A stretch of 13,743 nucleotides of DNA from Polyangiaceae bacterium. GTDB lineage: Bacteria; Myxococcota_A; Polyangia; Polyangiales; Polyangiaceae. A program made the translations under genes and the position numbers. The notes under the pieces were generated by a model. It had not been told where the DNA came from. It did not search any database and was given only the letters and a program-made list of their open reading frames with translations. The stretch is from positions 1 through 13,743 of the forward strand of contig JBGANF010000179.1 in the NCBI GenBank assembly GCA_044222475.1. Direction: 5' to 3'. Positions 1 to 6,773 of this stretch are shown here, one piece after another (the stretch's first letter is position 1; the number at the start of each line of letters is the position of its first letter).

Positions 1-1
1 G

Positions 2-1483
2 GGCCAAGTCGTTCGCGGCACGGGGATCGTGCGGGCGCTCGACTACCTCGAAGGACACGGGAAAGAGCTCCTCGAGTTCTGCCGCTCGCGCCACCTCGAA
101 GGCATCGTCGCCAAGCGTCGCAGCGCGCCGTACCGAGAAGGCCCGAAGCGCACCGACGACTGGCTCAAGATCAAGTGCGAGCGCGACGAGAGCTTCGTCG
201 TCGTCGGGTACACGGTCGGCAAAGGGCGAACGCGCCTCGGCGCGCTGGATCTGGCCACCTACGACGGCGAGAAGCTCGTGGCGCGCGGCAAGGTCGGCAG
301 CGGTCTCGACGAGAACATGGTCGACGTCCTGCTCGAGAAGATGAAGCCGCTGATCACGAAGGAGAAGCCCTACGACGGCGACCCGGGCGACGCGCCGCTC
401 GGCCGCACGTTCGTGAAGCCCGAGATCGTCGTGACGGTGCGCTTCCTCGGTTGGTCGGACGAGGGCTCGCTGCGGTTCCCGGTCTTCCGCGGAATCGACA
501 TCGATCGCACGCCGAAGGACTGCACCGTGTCTCCGCACGGGAGAGATCCCGAGCCCGACGACGCGGACCAAGCGCCGCCGAGCCTGGCGGCTCCAAAGAA
601 ACGTGTATCCCTCACGAATCAGTCGAAGATCTTCTGGCCGAAGGAGGGGCTCACGAAGGGCGACCTCTGCCGGTACTACGAGACCATTGGCCCGACGATG
701 CTGCCGTTCCTCCGCGATCGGCCGGTGGTCCTCGTGCGCTACCCCGATGGCGTCGAGGGCAAGAGCTTCTTCCAGTGGAACGTGCCGTTCGGGTTCCCGT
801 CGTGGATCCGCCACGTCGGCCTCGACGAAGCCGAGAGCGAGGGGAAGAAGAAGCGCGTCTTCCTGATCAACGACCTCGACGCGCTGCTCGCGGTCGCGAA
901 CCTGGGGGCGATCCCGATCCACGTGCTCGCCAGCCGCGAGAAGAGCCTCGACAAGTGCGACTTCTGTACGATCGACTTCGACGTCGATCGATCGACGCTC
1001 GAGAACGGCGTGACGCTCGCGAAGACGCTGCGCGGGATCCTCGAGTCGATCGGGCTCGTCGGGTTTCCGAAGACCTCGGGGCAAGAAGGGCTTCACGTGC
1101 TCATCCCGCTCGGGCCGGGCGTCACGTTCGAGACCGCGCAGCTGTTGAACGTGCTGCTCGGAAGGCTCGTCACCGAGCGACACAAGGACATCGCGACGCT
1201 CGAGCTCTCGACCGAGAAGCGCGGCGCGCGCGTCTTCGTCGACATCGGTCAGACCGGTCGTCGGCGAACGATCGTCGCGCCCTACTCGGTGCGAGCGTTC
1301 CCGGGTGGTCGCGTGTCGACGCCGCTGAAGTGGGAAGAGCTCGACGATCTCGATCCCGGTCGCTTCACGATGAAGACCGTGCCCGAGCGGGTGACGACCG
1401 TGGGTGATCCGATGCGCCCGCTGCTGGATCAGACGCCCGACATCGCGAAGGCGATCGAGAAGCTGGCCCCCCTCGTCCGGTAG
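2..1483 (+). CDS. ligD: NHEJ DNA ligase D, 5'-truncated by the window: C-terminal part of ATP-dependent ligase domain plus OB fold, then primase-like polymerase domain
   Basis: Frame is open from base 2 (GQVVRGTGIVRALDY...). Ligase motifs EGIVAKR, WLKIK, GKVGSG, LRFPVF; Pro/Asp linker at about 533-600; PolDom motifs LTNQSKIFWP..TKGDL, RYPDG, IDFD, KTSG..GLHV, VFVD, APYSVRA, VSTPLKWEEL; TAG at 1481-1483. Confidence 0.95.
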   Translation, partial: GQVVRGTGIVRALDYLEGHGKELLEFCRSRHLEGIVAKRRSAPYREGPKRTDDWLKIKCERDESFVVVGYTVGKGRTRLGALDLATYDGEKLVARGKVGSGLDENMVDVLLEKMKPLITKEKPYDGDPGDAPLGRTFVKPEIVVTVRFLGWSDEGSLRFPVFRGIDIDRTPKDCTVSPHGRDPEPDDADQAPPSLAAPKKRVSLTNQSKIFWPKEGLTKGDLCRYYETIGPTMLPFLRDRPVVLVRYPDGVEGKSFFQWNVPFGFPSWIRHVGLDEAESEGKKKRVFLINDLDALLAVANLGAIPIHVLASREKSLDKCDFCTIDFDVDRSTLENGVTLAKTLRGILESIGLVGFPKTSGQEGLHVLIPLGPGVTFETAQLLNVLLGRLVTERHKDIATLELSTEKRGARVFVDIGQTGRRRTIVAPYSVRAFPGGRVSTPLKWEELDDLDPGRFTMKTVPERVTTVGDPMRPLLDQTPDIAKAIEKLAPLVR

Positions 1484-1493
1484 CGCCTTGCCG

Positions 1494-1517
1494 GAACCGG
1501 CATCGGGTTGCCGGTTC
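1494..1517. promoter_or_regulatory. Perfect 9-bp inverted repeat: ligD terminator-like hairpin or upstream activator site for the next promoter
   Basis: GAACCGGCA-tcgggt-TGCCGGTTC, 10 nt after the ligD stop; no U-tract follows. Confidence 0.5.
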
Positions 1518-1538
1518 GTCGTGACGCGCATGGGGCGA

Positions 1539-1551
1539 AAAGTGGCTGATT
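1539..1551 (-). promoter_or_regulatory. IHF-like binding site
   Basis: Minus strand AATCAG-CCAC-TTT versus consensus WATCAR-N4-TTR (one mismatch); lies between the inverted repeat and the sigma54-like box. Confidence 0.4.
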
Positions 1552-1565
1552 TCGCGGCATTTCGC

Positions 1566-1582
1566 TTGGCGCGGACCTTGAA
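1566..1582 (+). promoter_or_regulatory. Putative sigma54 (-24/-12) promoter of the L,D-transpeptidase gene
   Basis: TTGGCGCG-GACC-TTGAA versus YTGGCACG-N4-TTGCW; GG-N10-G spacing is exact, but -12 is GA rather than GC. Confidence 0.5.
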
Positions 1583-1595
1583 AGAGGCTCCCACC

Positions 1596-3101
1596 ATGTG
1601 GACCTGGCGATCCCTGTGTGGCCTCTCGATGCTCACCGCGACGATCGTGGGATGTCACGTCACCCGCACCGCGGAGGCGACCATCACCACCGAGAGCGTT
1701 CCGCCCAAAAACGACACCGGCGCGACCGTCGTTGCCGACTCCGGCCCGATGCCCACCACGTTCGCGTACGCCCTCGCGCGCATCACGCCGGTCGTCGGCG
1801 GCATGGACGCTTCGTCGACGCAGGTCGGCTACCTGCGCCTCGGCGCCAAGGTCGCGGTGACGTCGGGCCCGACTCCGAGCGAGAGCTGCGCCGACGGTTG
1901 GTACGCGCTCGCCGGCGGCGGCTTCGTGTGCGGCCGTTGGCTCACCCGCGATGCGAACGACGCGCGGCTCGCGGGCGCACCGACACCGCCCGCGCTCGAT
2001 CAGGCGCTCCCCTACCGCTACGCGTACAACGCAGCGAACGGCACCCCGATCTACCGCTGGATCCCTCCGATGGCGGAGCGCGTGCGCTACGAGCCGTGGC
2101 TCGCGCCCGGCCCCACCGAGGTCACCGGTGACGACGCGCCTTGGTACGCGAAGGATTGGGACGGCGGCAAACCGCAGGTGAAGCTCGACGAGCTCGTCGG
2201 CGAAGGCCCCGTCGCGCGCCGCATGGTGAAGGGCTTCGCCGTGGCCGTCGACGTGAACGCGCAGGGCACGATGTGGAAGACGACCAACGGCCAGTTCGTC
2301 CCCAAGGGGCGCTTGTGGTTCCCCGATCCGCTCACCGACTTCCACGGCGTGTGGCTCGGCGGAGAGGCGGCCCCCGCGTGGCCGCCTGCCATCGCGCAAG
2401 GCGACGGCGGCGCGCCGCCCTACTGGGTCGCGAATCCGCCGTCCGCGATGCCGCTCGCGTTCGTCGTGAAGACGAAGTCGAACGAGTACGCGCTCACCGA
2501 CACGCACGACGCAGCGACCGCCACGTTTCCTCTCGTTCGCTCCACGCCCTACGCGCTCACGGGGCAGACCGCAGCGATCGGCGGCGCGACGTACGTCGAG
2601 ACGAGCGATCGCTTCTGGCTGCGCGACGGCGACGCGATCGTCGTGAAGCGCACGCCGGCCTCGGTCCCGCGCGATCTCGCCCCGGGCGAGAAGTGGATCG
2701 ACGTCGACGTCTCGACGCAGACGCTCGTCGCGTTCGTGGGCGAGAAGCCCGTCTTCGCGACGCTCGTGTCGACCGGCAAGTCGAACCACGAGACCCCGCG
2801 CGGCACGTTCCGCATTCGCGAGAAGCACGTCGCGCAGACGATGGCCGGCGACGGCGCGAACGACGGCGTCTACTCGATCGAGGACGTCCCGTGGATCATG
2901 TACTTCGAAGGCGGCTACGCGCTGCACGGCGCGTTCTGGCACTCGAACTTCGGACACAAGCAGAGCCACGGCTGCGTGAACCTGTCGCCCGCGGACGCGC
3001 GCGCGATGTTCGACTGGACGCTGCCGCGAGTCCCGGAAGGCTGGCACGGCGCGACGGCTACCATCGACCAGCCCGGCACGCGAGTGGTGATCCACGACTG
3101 A
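1596..3101 (+). CDS. L,D-transpeptidase (YkuD family) lipoprotein, 501 aa, with long N-terminal extension
   Basis: ATG 1596 preceded by AAGAGG (1582-1587); signal peptide ending IVG-C; C-terminal YkuD domain WIDVDVSTQTL..VSTG..TPRGTF..VPW..ALHGAFWH..FG...SHGCVNLS (His 2925-2927, Cys 2973-2975). The ORF-track start at 1404 overlaps ligD and is rejected. Confidence 0.92.
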   Translation: MWTWRSLCGLSMLTATIVGCHVTRTAEATITTESVPPKNDTGATVVADSGPMPTTFAYALARITPVVGGMDASSTQVGYLRLGAKVAVTSGPTPSESCADGWYALAGGGFVCGRWLTRDANDARLAGAPTPPALDQALPYRYAYNAANGTPIYRWIPPMAERVRYEPWLAPGPTEVTGDDAPWYAKDWDGGKPQVKLDELVGEGPVARRMVKGFAVAVDVNAQGTMWKTTNGQFVPKGRLWFPDPLTDFHGVWLGGEAAPAWPPAIAQGDGGAPPYWVANPPSAMPLAFVVKTKSNEYALTDTHDAATATFPLVRSTPYALTGQTAAIGGATYVETSDRFWLRDGDAIVVKRTPASVPRDLAPGEKWIDVDVSTQTLVAFVGEKPVFATLVSTGKSNHETPRGTFRIREKHVAQTMAGDGANDGVYSIEDVPWIMYFEGGYALHGAFWHSNFGHKQSHGCVNLSPADARAMFDWTLPRVPEGWHGATATIDQPGTRVVIHD

Positions 3102-3110
3102 TGCTACGCT
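3102..3110 (+). promoter_or_regulatory. Extended -10 element placed for a leaderless transcript
   Basis: TG-C-TACGCT followed by 6 nt then ATG 3117; no Shine-Dalgarno sequence. Confidence 0.5.
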
Positions 3111-3116
3111 GACCCC

Positions 3117-3758
3117 ATGCACCCGCGACTCGCGGCGACGTTGGGCGCTCTCGTCTCCCTCGCAGGGTGCGCGAACGGGCTCATCGATCCCGGGCCCGGC
3201 GACGGCGGCGGATCGAACGACGCGACCGTCGACGTCGGCCCCAAGGACACCGGAGCGGACTCCCCTTCGTCCGACGCGACGCTCGACGCCGGCGTCGACG
3301 CACCGATCGACGTCGGCGTCGACGGCGGGTGCTGGGCCACCGACTCCGGCCTCGGCGGCATCGGCACGCCGACCGGCACGACCGCGACTGCTACGTCGAG
3401 CTACTCGTCCAACGTCCCGTCGCTCGCGGTCGATCTCGATCCCGGCACCTACTGGAACGCCGGCGGCACGTCGGGGTCGCTCACCATCACGTTCCCCAAG
3501 CCGCAGCTCGTGAGCGGCGTCCGCATCGCGACGATCGCGTCACCGGCGTCGTCCGAGACGTACACCATCTACGCCATCTCCGGCAGCGTGGCGTCCCAAA
3601 TTGGTACAGGGACCTTCAACGTGCCCCAGGGTCTCACGATCAACCCGACCATCGCCGTCCCCCCCGGCACGTTCGACGGGATCCGCGTCGACGTGTCCTC
3701 GTCCCCGTCCTGGTCGGCCATCGCCGAGGTATCGGTCGTCACGCCGCTCTGTCCCTGA
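3117..3758 (+). CDS. Lipoprotein with Asp-rich linker and discoidin / F5-8 type C (galactose-binding-like) domain, 213 aa
   Basis: Lipobox LAG-C at residue 18; linker DATVDVGPKDTGADSPSSDATLDAGVDAPIDVGVDGG; discoidin pattern ATATSSY...PSLAVD.DPGTYW...LTITF.....VSGVRI...IAEVSV; two Cys flank the domain. Confidence 0.8.
   Translation: MHPRLAATLGALVSLAGCANGLIDPGPGDGGGSNDATVDVGPKDTGADSPSSDATLDAGVDAPIDVGVDGGCWATDSGLGGIGTPTGTTATATSSYSSNVPSLAVDLDPGTYWNAGGTSGSLTITFPKPQLVSGVRIATIASPASSETYTIYAISGSVASQIGTGTFNVPQGLTINPTIAVPPGTFDGIRVDVSSSPSWSAIAEVSVVTPLCP
3593..3607. repeat. Dispersed 15-bp palindrome, copy 1 (GTCCCAAATTGGTAC)
   Basis: 14/15 identical to the copy at 4157; read as TCC CAA ATT GGT ACA (SQIGT). 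Confidence 0.75.
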
Positions 3759-3810
3759 GCTGTCCCGCGGGCTGGTTTTAGACCGTTTCAGTTGGCTGGG
3801 TCCGCCGGGC

Positions 3811-3848
3811 GGCGCACCGTTCCCGCATCCTTTCGCGGGAGGTGCGTC
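3811..3848 (+). promoter_or_regulatory. 5' leader hairpin sequestering the Shine-Dalgarno sequence of the next gene
   Basis: GGCGCACC (3811-3818) pairs with GGTGCGTC (3841-3848, one G-U); TCCCGC (3821-3826) pairs with GCGGGA (3835-3840); SD GGGAGGT (3837-3843) lies in the 3' arm; ATG at 3849. Confidence 0.55.
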
Positions 3849-4802
3849 ATGTCCCTTCGTCGTTCGTTCGTGGTTCTCGTGGCTCTGGGCTCGGCGGCCG
3901 TGCTCGCGGCCTGCGCCACCGCGGTCGACTCGCCGGCGCCGACGGGGTCCGCCCAACCCGACGCCGGGTCGACCCCGCCCAAGAAGGACTCGGGCACGAC
4001 CAAGCCACCGGATGCCCAGGCTCCCCCGACCGAGGACGCGGGCGCGCCGCCGATCGTCGACGCGTCGGTTCCGGACGTGGCGCCCCCGCCGGTGCCCCTC
4101 GTCTACGGGCACACCGCGGACACGCTGTTCGTGTTCGATCCGAAGACGAGCGCGCTGTCCCAAATTGGGACCTTATCGGGTTGCACGCAGAGCCTGTTCA
4201 CCTACGTGATGGACCTCGCCATCGACGAGACCGGCCAGGGCTACGCGACGACGAGCGACGGCCTCTACTCGGTCGACCTCACGACCGCGGTGTGCACCAA
4301 GATCATGGCCGGGGGCTACCCCAACAGCCTCGCGTTCGTGCCCAAGGGCACCCTCGACGCGAACGACGAGGTGCTCGTCGGCTACATCGGCGGCGCGTAC
4401 TTCCGCATCGACCGAACGACGGGCCAGTCGACGAACATCGGCAACCTCGGCGGCGGCTACGCGTCCAGCGGCGACATCGTGTCGGTCAAGGGCGGCGGCA
4501 CGTTCCTCACCGTCACCGGCAACGGGTGCGCCGACTGCGTGCTCCAGGTGGACCCCATCACCGGCGCGATGGTTCAGAACTACGGGAGCCTCGGCCACGG
4601 TGCGGTGTACGGGCTCGCCTACTGGGCCGGCGCGCTCTACGGGTTCGACGAGAGCGGCAGCGTCTTCGCGATCACCGGCGGCAACGGCACCCAGGCCACG
4701 ACCCAGAACGTGCTGAGCGGCCAGCCCAAATGGTGGGGCGCCGCGTCGAGCACGAGCGCCCCGCTCCTCGACGGAGACGGTGGGTCGATCGCGACGCAGT
4801 AG
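3849..4802 (+). CDS. Lipoprotein with Pro/Asp-rich linker and probable beta-propeller domain, 317 aa
   Basis: SD GGGAGGT then ATG 3849; lipobox LAA-C; about five blade-like repeats (FVFDPKTS.LSQIG, YSVDLTTA.CTKI, FRIDRTTG.STNIG, LQVDPITG.MVQNYG, FAITGGNG); TAG 4800-4802. Confidence 0.8.
   Translation: MSLRRSFVVLVALGSAAVLAACATAVDSPAPTGSAQPDAGSTPPKKDSGTTKPPDAQAPPTEDAGAPPIVDASVPDVAPPPVPLVYGHTADTLFVFDPKTSALSQIGTLSGCTQSLFTYVMDLAIDETGQGYATTSDGLYSVDLTTAVCTKIMAGGYPNSLAFVPKGTLDANDEVLVGYIGGAYFRIDRTTGQSTNIGNLGGGYASSGDIVSVKGGGTFLTVTGNGCADCVLQVDPITGAMVQNYGSLGHGAVYGLAYWAGALYGFDESGSVFAITGGNGTQATTQNVLSGQPKWWGAASSTSAPLLDGDGGSIATQ
4157..4171. repeat. Dispersed 15-bp palindrome, copy 2 (GTCCCAAATTGGGAC, perfect dyad)
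   Basis: GTCCCAA-A-TTGGGAC; read as TCC CAA ATT GGG ACC, followed by a rare TTA codon. Confidence 0.75.
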
Positions 4803-4805
4803 CTC

Positions 4806-4814
4806 TGGTACGCT
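4806..4814 (+). promoter_or_regulatory. Extended -10 element placed for a leaderless or near-leaderless transcript
   Basis: TG-G-TACGCT followed by 8 nt then ATG 4823; no Shine-Dalgarno sequence; same hexamer as at 3105-3110. Confidence 0.5.
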
Positions 4815-4822
4815 CGCCCGGT

Positions 4823-6772
4823 ATGTCCGGGCTCGTCGCCCTCCCGCCCGGGACGGTCTTCGCCGGGGATTTTCGCGTCATCCGAAAGCTTTCGGAGGGC
4901 GGCATGGGAGCGGTGTACGTGGCGCTCCAGCTCAGCACCGGTCGCGAGCGCGCGCTCAAGATCATGCACCCCGAGCTCGTGAACAACGCCGACCTGCGCG
5001 CGAAGTTCATCCAAGAGGCGCGCATCGGCGGGCGCGTGCAGAGCGACCACGTCGTCGAGGTCGTCGCCGCCGGCGTCGACCCGGAGAACCTCACGCCGTA
5101 CTTGGTGATGGAGCTCCTGCAAGGCGAAGACCTCGCGACGACGCTGCGCACGAAGCCGCCGCTGTCGCAGAGCGAGATCACCGCGGTGCTCGGTCAGCTC
5201 TTCGAGGCCGTCGCCGCGGCGCACGCGAGCGGGATCATCCACCGCGACTTGAAGCCGGAGAACGTGTTCCTCCGCCAATCGCGGTCCGGCTCGGGCGCCA
5301 TGGTGAAGGTGCTCGACTTCGGCATCGCGAAGCTCGTCGAAGAGGCGATCTCCGGGAACACCGGAGCGGTCGGCTCGCCCTTCTGGATGGCGCCGGAGCA
5401 GACCGAGCGGAAAGTGGTCCTCACGCCGAGCTGCGACGTGTGGGCGCTCGGGTTGATCGCGTTCACTCTGCACACCGGTCGCATCTTCTGGCGCGCGGCC
5501 GAGGGCGGCAACGTGTCGATCGCTCAGTTCCTGCGCGAGCTCGTGATCGAGAACATCCCGCCGGCGAGCGAGCGCGCGCGCGAGCTCGGGGCGCCCGGGC
5601 GGATTCCCACCGGCTTCGACGCATGGTTCTCGCGCTGCGTGAACCGTGATGCCGCCGCGCGGTTTCCCGACGCGAAGGCTGCGTGGAACGGATACCTCGA
5701 TGCGCTCGGTCTCCCGCGCGGACGACCGTCGCTCGGCGAGATCGAGATTGGCAGCTCGCGAGGCGGCGCGCCCGCCGCGCCGGACCTCGGCACCGCCCGC
5801 ACGGTGCACGATCCGAGCACGCCCGAGGAGGAAGACGTGATCGCCGGGGTCCCACCGAAGAGCGGCCCGCCCTGGGTCGTCATCGCGATCGCCTCGGCGA
5901 TCGCCGTCGTCGGAGGCGGCGTCTTCGCGGTCGTCCACTTCGGCTCGAGCGACGCCAACGCGACGCCGACGATCGGCAGCGCGACCAACGAGTCGCAGCC
6001 GATCGCGCGTTGCCCGATCGACATGGTGTCGGTTCCGGGAGGCACGGCGACCATCGGCGACGACACCGGCGAGTCGGACGAGCGGCCGGCGCACGACGTG
6101 ACGCTCAACTCGTTCTGCATCGACACGACCGAGGTGACGGTGAGCGCGTGGGACTCGTGCGTCAGGGAGGGCGCGTGCGCAGCCGCGAGCACCACCGTGC
6201 AGTGGGCCGGCGTCGACGCGCACGATCACTCGCTCTGGGACTCGTTCTGCAACGCCGGTCACGCCGAGCGCGCCAATCATCCCGTGAACTGCGTCTCGTG
6301 GGATCAAGCGCGTGCATACTGCAAGCACGTGAGCAAGCGCTTGCCCACGGAGGAGGAGTGGGAGCTCGCCGCGCGCGGGCCGGCCAAGGCGCCGTTCCCT
6401 TGGGGGAACTTCGAGCCGACACCGGAGCGGCTCAACGCGTGCGGGCCCGACTGCGCGCTCAAGGGCAACGTGCTCGCGGCCGGCTGGAAGGCGATGTACC
6501 CCAAGGAAGACGGCTTCGTGGGCACGGCGCCCGTCGGATCGTTCCCGGACGGGAAGAGCCCCTACGGTGCGTACGATCTCGCGGGCAACGTGTCCGAGTG
6601 GACGGCGAGCGCGCACTGCCCCTATCCGGGTAACAACTGCGCAGTGGAGGATCGCACGGTGCGAGGCTCGTCGTTCGCGACCGACGACGTGCGCGACGTG
6701 CGCTCGGCCGAGCGCGACAAGCTCGCGACGGCGTCGAAGCTGGCCGACGTGGGCTTCCGTTGTGCGCGCTGA
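4823..6772 (+). CDS. Membrane Ser/Thr protein kinase (Hanks type) with one TM helix and C-terminal FGE-sulfatase (SUMF1-like) domain, 649 aa
   Basis: Kinase motifs EGGMGAVY, ALK, HRDLKPEN, DFG, APE, DVWALG; TM WVVIAIASAIAVVGGGVFAVVHF (about 5873-5941); FGE-fold motifs DERPAH.V.L..F.ID.TEVT, HPVNCVSW..A.AYC, RLPTEEEWE.AARG, FPWG, YDLAGNVSEW, GFRCAR. The ORF-track start at 3842 is a shadow extension over the preceding gene. Confidence 0.93.
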   Translation: MSGLVALPPGTVFAGDFRVIRKLSEGGMGAVYVALQLSTGRERALKIMHPELVNNADLRAKFIQEARIGGRVQSDHVVEVVAAGVDPENLTPYLVMELLQGEDLATTLRTKPPLSQSEITAVLGQLFEAVAAAHASGIIHRDLKPENVFLRQSRSGSGAMVKVLDFGIAKLVEEAISGNTGAVGSPFWMAPEQTERKVVLTPSCDVWALGLIAFTLHTGRIFWRAAEGGNVSIAQFLRELVIENIPPASERARELGAPGRIPTGFDAWFSRCVNRDAAARFPDAKAAWNGYLDALGLPRGRPSLGEIEIGSSRGGAPAAPDLGTARTVHDPSTPEEEDVIAGVPPKSGPPWVVIAIASAIAVVGGGVFAVVHFGSSDANATPTIGSATNESQPIARCPIDMVSVPGGTATIGDDTGESDERPAHDVTLNSFCIDTTEVTVSAWDSCVREGACAAASTTVQWAGVDAHDHSLWDSFCNAGHAERANHPVNCVSWDQARAYCKHVSKRLPTEEEWELAARGPAKAPFPWGNFEPTPERLNACGPDCALKGNVLAAGWKAMYPKEDGFVGTAPVGSFPDGKSPYGAYDLAGNVSEWTASAHCPYPGNNCAVEDRTVRGSSFATDDVRDVRSAERDKLATASKLADVGFRCAR

Positions 6773-6773
6773 G

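Noticed and set aside
2141..2162. Half-sites TTGGTAC and TTGGGAC resembling the 15-bp palindrome (also at about 1898 and 12064)
   Set aside because: No matching left arm; the transpeptidase cases are explained by Trp-Tyr and Trp-Asp codons, so they are not counted as copies.
1365..3122. 585-aa antisense ORF opposite the L,D-transpeptidase
   Set aside because: Mirror of a real gene; Arg/Val/Gly-rich with no motifs; long stop-free antisense frames are expected at this GC content.
3842..4822. Apparent 327-aa N-terminal extension of the kinase in the ORF track
   Set aside because: Overlaps the propeller lipoprotein in another frame; kinase homology starts just after ATG 4823.
6600..6772. FGE/C-type-lectin C-terminus as a possible diversity-generating retroelement target
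   Set aside because: No template repeat, no adenine-specific near-duplicate and no reverse transcriptase in the window.
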